Shown in pieces: positions 57,614 through 64,000 of a DNA stretch of 64,000 nt. Position 1 is the stretch's first letter, and the number at the start of each line of letters is the position of its first letter. The translations under genes and the position numbers were made by a program. A model generated the notes under the pieces. The model searched no databases, was not told the origin of the DNA, and saw nothing but the letters and a program-made list of their open reading frames with translations. Origin of the DNA: Eledone cirrhosa (Eukaryota); assembly GCA_964016885.1 (NCBI GenBank), contig OZ024743.1, forward strand, positions 287,184,001 through 287,248,000, given 5' to 3'.

Positions 57614-59775
57614 AATAATGATTTCATTTATTAGCCACAAGGGCCGACATGTAGGGGACAATACAAAGACAGGGACAGTGGAGGTTTACAATAAGGTCAA
57701 GTAAAAGTGCACAATGGCAAGACTAATTTAACAATGAAGATATAAAATATAAAATAAAATATGCATAAATATAACAAATTAAATTCCCCGATAGGGGGTA
57801 GACGACCCTGGGGTGACTCAGGTACTCTACCAATCCTGAACCACCCTGCGCTTTTAGGGCACCCAGGGAGAGCACCCCTCTCCTCAAGTTAGCTAGCCTA
57901 TAGGCGCATGGTCAGAGTAGGCCCATTCACACGAGCCATTCTCGCCACATTCATCCACCTTTCAGCAAATGTACTGGGGGGCAGCACTTCTCTCTCCACC
58001 CTCACCTTCCTTTCCAGGTGAAACTTGTAGAAGTTGATGGGGGATTGGCCGAAGAGAAATGTGTCTGTCTTCAGTCCTTTTAATCTGGTCGACCATATAA
58101 CCTCTTTCACAACAGCCACCGGACAGAGGAAAATTTCCTGCTCTTCCTGACCTAAGGAAGGCGGCGGTTCGATCTTCACTATGGACTCGTTCCACACGCG
58201 ACAGTAGCTGTTCGACATAAAGCCACAAGTCAGTAATGCACGGACATTGGACAAGTGTGTGCAGAACGGTTTCGTCGTTCTGTGCGCATCTTGGAAAGGT
58301 CCGTCTGACAGCACTTCCGAGCCTGTAGAGTTTATCCCGAACCGGCAGTGCCCCCCCCCCCCCCTCCGTAGCACTACCAAGCGAGGGATTTCTGGAAATT
58401 TTCCATCGTCCCCGACTCGAAAGTCCTCCGGTACAGACTGGTCAGTTCGACTTCGTCGAGGCCCAAAGCTTCTCCGAGTGCGTCATCGCACTTGCCCACC
58501 ACTAATCCTCTATAGAACTCGAGAGTGCAAGTTCCACTGATCGCATTGCCCGCTTGGTAGAGGGCAGTAGGTGCCTGGCAACATTCCAGGTGCCAATCAC
58601 CCAGTCTCGGTCTCTTCTTGACCCAGGACTGCAGCTCAGTCAAAGAAACGAGCTGCGGAAACGCCCATCTGATAAACGGCGACCACACCTGTTTACCATT
58701 TAGGCAGAATATCTGGAGATGTCGCAGCCTCGACGGATGTCTGCGCATCATTAGCCGCAGCATGCCCAGCCCTCCGCGTAGAGGGTGCTGGCAGCAGATG
58801 GACCGCCTCACCAACGGAACTTGTCCCCTCCACAAGAATTTGAAGAGGAGCCGTTCCAACTTGACGAGGCGCGGACGGGGGCAAGGCACGACGGGCAGGC
58901 GGTAGTAGATGACGGACGCGATGTACGCATTCGCCATCTCCGCGCGACCTTTCAGTGATAGCTTCCTCCCAGCCCATTTTTGGGTGAGACTGGCTACTCT
59001 GTTCGTTACCTCGTCCCAATTCTTTTCCACCTGGAGGTCTGGACTGAACCAAACCCCGAGCAACTTAACCGGTCCGTCCGTCCAGCGCCCCACGATGCTG
59101 TTGGACGGCATAGGCTTGCCTCTCCAGGTTCCTAGCTGCAAGCCCACCGACTTTTCTGGGTTAAGTTTGGCTCTTATCAACCTTTCATATTCCTTCAATA
59201 AGGTGCCGACCACCTCGATTTCTGAGGTGTCCGACACCATCACGGTGACGTCGTCCGCATAAGCCGACACAGCCTTTCCACGTCCAGGTTCGAGCGGGAT
59301 GCCCTGCAACAGCTCCAGCTTCTGCAGTAAAGGCTCGAGAGTCAATACGTACAGAAGGGAAGAGAGAGGGCACCCTTGACGGACCGATCGGGAGAGCCGA
59401 AATGGTTCCGAGAGGTGGCCATTAACCTTGACCACCGAGCGTGTGCCGCTGTGCATTGCAGCGATCCAGCTTCTGAAGACAGGGCCGAAGCCAGCCGCTT
59501 TGAGGACAAACTCCAGATACCGATGGTCAACCCTATCGAATGCTTTCGATTGATCTAAATTGATCAATGCCCCACCGAAGCCAGGTTTACACCTTACCCT
59601 CTCTATGATGTATCGCATGAGGTGGAGATTGTCGTGTATTGACCTGGATGGGATTGCGCAAGTTTGCGCTTCCCCAACCAAATCCTCGACGACAAGCGTC
59701 AATCTCTTTGCTAACACCTTGGCCAAAATCTTAAAGTCTGTGTTGAGCAGAGTTATGGGCCTGAAGTTGTCTAAT
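57614..59775 (-). mobile_element. 5'-truncated L1/Tx1-like LINE (RT, C-terminal region, 3' UTR, (ATT)n tail)
   Basis: NFRPITLLNTDFKILAKVLA.RL, LDQSKAFDRVDH, SVRQGCPLS, AYADD, LSLKGR, GGLG; frameshift at poly-C 58350. Confidence 0.9.
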
Positions 59776-59824
59776 GTATCCCTAATAATAATAATAATAA
59801 TGTATCCCTAATAATAATAATAAT

Positions 59825-60878
59825 AATTGTTTCTACTTTAGGCACAAGGCCAGCAATTACCCAGTGCATTACTGGTACTTTATTTTATCGACCTCGTAAG
59901 GATGAAAGGCAAAGTTAACCTCGACGGGATTTGAACTCAGACCGTAAAGGGACGTAACTATGCTGGAAAGCATGGCGTCCCACCCTCTACCAATACTGCC
60001 AATTCACCGAATAATAATTGTTTCTACATTTGGCACAAGGCCTGCAAATACCCAGTGTATTACTGGTACTTTATTTTATCGACTCCGTAAGGTTGAAAGG
60101 CAAAGTTAACCTCGGCGGGATTTGAACTCAGAATGGGAAGGGCCGTAACTCTATGCCTCAAAGCATGGCGTCCGACCCTCTACCGATACTGCCAATCCAC
60201 CAATAATGAAGATAATAATTGTTTCTACTTTTGGCACAAGGCTAGCAATTACCCAGTGCATTACTGGTACTTTATTTTATCGACCCCCGTAAGGATGAAA
60301 GGCAAAGTTAACCTCGGTGGGAGTTAAACTCAGTCCGTAAAGGGACGTAATTCTATGCCTCAAAGCATGGCCTCCGACCCTCTACCGATACTGCCAATCC
60401 ACTAATAATTGTTTCTACTTTTGGCACAAGGCCAGCAATACCCAGTGCATTACTGGTACTTTATTTTATCGACCCCCGTAAGGATGAAAGGCAAAGTTAA
60501 CCTCTGCGGGATTTGAACTCAGATCATAAAGGGACGTAACTCTATGCTTCAAAGCATGGTGTCCGACTCTCTACCGATACTGCCAATCCACTAATAATGC
60601 TTTCTTATTTAGGCACAAGGCCAACAATTTTGGGGAGGGAAAGTTGATTAAATCGACCACAGTACGTGACTGGTACTTTATTTTATCGACCCCATAAGGA
60701 TGAAAGCAAAGTTAACATCGGAGGGATTTGAACTCAGAACGTAAAGGGCCATAACTGTATGCTGCAAAGTATGGTGTCTGACGCTCTACCGACACTGCCA
60801 AACCAATAATCACAATAATAATAATTGTTTCTTATTTTGGCACAAGGCCAGCAATTATCCCAGTGCATTACTGGTACT
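59825..60878 (-). repeat. Head-to-tail array of Nin-domain SINEs (five full copies plus a sixth split by a LINE)
   Basis: Units start ~59825, 60016, 60217, 60407, 60596, 60823, separated by short (TAA)n; copies differ from one another. Confidence 0.92.
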
Positions 60879-62131
60879 CAGCCGAAAGGAAGTAGTCACG
60901 GTTCTAGGACAGCATTCTTCACCATATGAGATGTCATCTGGTGTACCACAGGGATCTGTTCTTGGTCCTCTTTTGTTTGTGGCATATATTAATGACATAG
61001 ATGCCAACTTACAGAATGCCACGGTACTAAAATATGCAGATGACATCAAGCTGTACCTTGAAATCAAAAGGACTGATCCTGAAATTTACAACTCTTTCCT
61101 ACAATCAGACCTGGACACAATGCAGCAATGGATCACAGACTGGCAACTGAAGCTGGCTGTGGACAAGTGTACCACCATGCATTTTGGAAGGAAAAATCCA
61201 GCATCCACATACTCCCTCCACAACACTGACATCAAAAAGTCCTCTTGTGAACGTGACCTGGGCATTACTGTCAGCAATGATTTGCGTTGGACAAAGCATG
61301 TCTCTAAGATTGTCAAGAAGGCCGAGGGTGTCTTAGCATCACTCAGCAAGACCTTTGTTAGCCGCTCTCCAGCCATCTATTTAAAACTGTATACAGCTAT
61401 GGTGCGACCACACTTGGAATTCGCATCATCAGTCTGGAACCCCTATCTTGCTCGGAACATTGACCTCCTGGAAACTGTTCAGAGACGTGCAACCAAGCGC
61501 ATTCCCTCCATCAGACACCTACCATACTCTGAACGCCTTGCTTCCCTGGGCATGGATTCATTGAAGCTCTGACGTCTGGCAATGGACTTGGTGGATACCC
61601 ACAAAGTTTTTAACCATCTCGCCAACTGCAACCCTGAGTGCCTCTTTGATCTCCATGTGTCTAACACACGTGGACATGCCTACAAGATAAGAAAACAGCA
61701 CAGCTCCCATGACTTTCGCAGACATTTTTTCACGCTCAGAGTTGCTGAAGCATGGAACAAACTGCCTGCGTCAATTGTTAGCTGCCGAGACACTGCATCC
61801 TTTCAGACACTCATGCTTCCCGAAATACGCCAAAACTACACCTGATGTACCCCTTCCATACACATGCACACATGTGTGTATCATGACTCGTGCACTGTTC
61901 ATTTTACTAATGTTTGTGCATTGCCCTATGTACTGTACATGCACTTTTTTGATGAGTTGTGGTGCACCTGGGCACTGTACACAATATTTCATTATTGTTA
62001 TTGTTATTATATCATGACTCATACACTGTTTATTTTCCTGACATTTGTACATTATTCTATGTACTATACATGCACCTTTGATGAGTTGTAGTGCACCTGA
62101 GCACTGTACACAATAATTTCATTATTATTAT
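60879..62131 (+). mobile_element. 5'-truncated CR1-group LINE inserted inside a SINE
   Basis: SGVPQGSVLGPLLF, KYADD, ERDLG, VRPHLEF..VWNP, VQRRATK, TRGH, WNKLP; duplicated 3' UTR block; SINE resumes at 62132 TACTTTATTTTATCGACC. Confidence 0.9.
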
Positions 62132-62656
62132 TACTTTATTTTATCGACCTCGTAAGAATGAAAGGAAAAGCTAACCCAGAACTCAGAACTTATTATTAAT
62201 AATAATAATACAAGCATAAGGAAGAATTCTTATATTTTACACCAAGCATGTATTTAAAGAGGTGTATGTATTCCATCAGAAGATCAATGAATGAGTCCGT
62301 GGAGGCTAGTACAGGGAGTAGAATATGTTGTCATGTTAACGATTACATCCCTCCTGAAATTAATTAGGAGAACGCTATCCAATATTTCAAAATTCGTCAA
62401 GAAGAGACAGAACAAAATCAGAAAAAATCTGAAAAAATTATACAAAGGGAAGTAACTTACATTAAAAGTTTTATATATAGACACCCATGTATATAGATAG
62501 ATACATTTATATTAACAGGCATATATTAACAGGCACGTACAAAGGCATACATAATACACACACACACACATACACATAAAATAATATCAACATTATAAAG
62601 ACACTGATAGATATACACCTACTGATAAGTATACATAACCATATGTTTATATAAAT

Positions 62657-62753
<97 letters not shown>

Positions 62754-63049
62754 CAAATATATGCATAGTCATTCATAGATCTACACAGACATACACACAT
62801 ATATGTAAATATATATATATATATACTGTATATATATATGTAAGTATACCCATACAAATAAATGCATATATAAACAACCTCTATAGATATATTTACATGT
62901 ACATAGATACATACACATACATATACAGGTATACACATATCTACTGAAACATTGGTATAAGCTTGAAGCCATTGATGTAGTCATATACATATATGAGTAA
63001 ACATTCAATGATAGACAGAGTTATAATCGACAAATACATAAAAGTTTAA

Positions 63050-63267
63050 CCCTTTAGCATTTAAACTGACTGTATCCGGCCAGAATTTTCTCACCTCTTT
63101 CTGTTCAAACTGGCCATAACTGGCCACTCATAGTGATGTTAAGGTATTGTTCTCAAAATAAATAATATCAAAATCTCATAAAATCTCATAAAATCGATAT
63201 TATATGAGATAAAGCCTTTACCATGAAAATTCAAGGGTATATATAGAGTAATGTAAATGCTAAAGGG
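63050..63267. mobile_element. piggyBac-type MITE
   Basis: TTAA|CCCTTTAGCATTTA...TAAATGCTAAAGGG|TTAA. Confidence 0.8.
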
Positions 63268-63499
63268 TTAAGAGATTGATTTATAAGTACTGATATAGTC
63301 TAGAAATAACAAAAGGGTGTATAAATGAATATGAAGGATAATGTAGTATTAAGAAACTACAAAGATAGCAGAGCAGCCAAAATAAATTCTTAACATAGAT
63401 GATACTAATCAAACAAACAAGTAAAACATTAAGTTAAAAGGATCAATAAAACAAAATAAATTAGATTGGGGCATATCTTCTATTTAGAAAAAAAGAGTA

Positions 63500-63770
63500 T
63501 GCTAAGCAATATGGACATGCTATTATCAGTTAAATTTTATGATTTAAGAGTTTACATAGGGATATAGTGTTCTCATAAGCTTCTGAAATACAAAGGGTAC
63601 AATACATTTCGCCTTCAACATAAGCCTTTGTGGAATCAATTATAGACCATTGTAGATAAGAGGTTTTAGATTTATTTAAAGTATATATATATCGCCGAAA
63701 AGAAGTAAGTGACATAGTCACTACTTTAAAACTGATAGCGTAAGGTCTTCAAAATGTTTTTAATTAAACA
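63500..63770 (-). mobile_element. Decayed PLE GIY-YIG end
   Basis: QWSII..TKAY....CTLCISE...LLN, like 41300-41440. Confidence 0.55.
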
Positions 63771-63793
63771 TACGGTATATTGCTAAATATACT

Positions 63794-63826
<33 letters not shown>

Positions 63827-64000
63827 CATTCATTTATTATGGTTCAGTTAAGTAGTGTCATTACTCTAGAGTTTCACCTACACACTCACAGGATCATCAG
63901 ATTGTTTTCTCTTATCTGACAACTACATCCTAAAGCAATAACTCTTTACTAGAGTGAGTTACAACGTCCAAAACATGATTAGGTTGCAAACCCATATTCT

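Noticed and set aside
59825-60878. tRNA gene cluster or CRISPR
   Set aside because: A/B boxes are followed by a SINE core and tail; no cloverleaf, no spacers
61570-61572. In-frame TGA as selenocysteine or readthrough (also gag TAG at 6382)
   Set aside because: Explained by single C-to-T changes (CGA, CAG) in decaying elements; no SECIS seen

Overview
AT-rich, repeat-saturated animal DNA. The (TA)n/(CA)n density and the SINE/LINE/Penelope content look most like an Octopus-type cephalopod (inference). Host coding sequence is limited to the first coding exon of PSMD12/Rpn5 (14594-14692, +) and a weak candidate first exon on the minus strand (35940-35982). The rest is mobile DNA. (1) A nearly complete Gypsy LTR retrotransposon (5254-12551) sits inside a decayed RTE LINE and is itself interrupted by a 1.36-kb non-coding LTR relative; the two share a ~140-nt structured RNA block. 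(2) Several Penelope-like elements (PLEs) occur with about ten type I hammerhead ribozyme motifs; many lie in fold-back hairpins inside (TA)n tracts, and in two families the hairpin apex falls on the ribozyme's stem I. (3) There are RTE, R4/Dong-like, L1/Tx1-like and CR1 LINE fragments, a DD37D (maT) transposon, hAT and piggyBac-type MITEs, a tandem array of Nin-domain tRNA SINEs whose tail resembles the adjacent Tx1-like LINE tail, and a 92/184-bp higher-order minisatellite. A 200-N gap at 18625-18824 is flanked by duplicated sequence. Coordinates were read by eye; edges of decayed elements are approximate.
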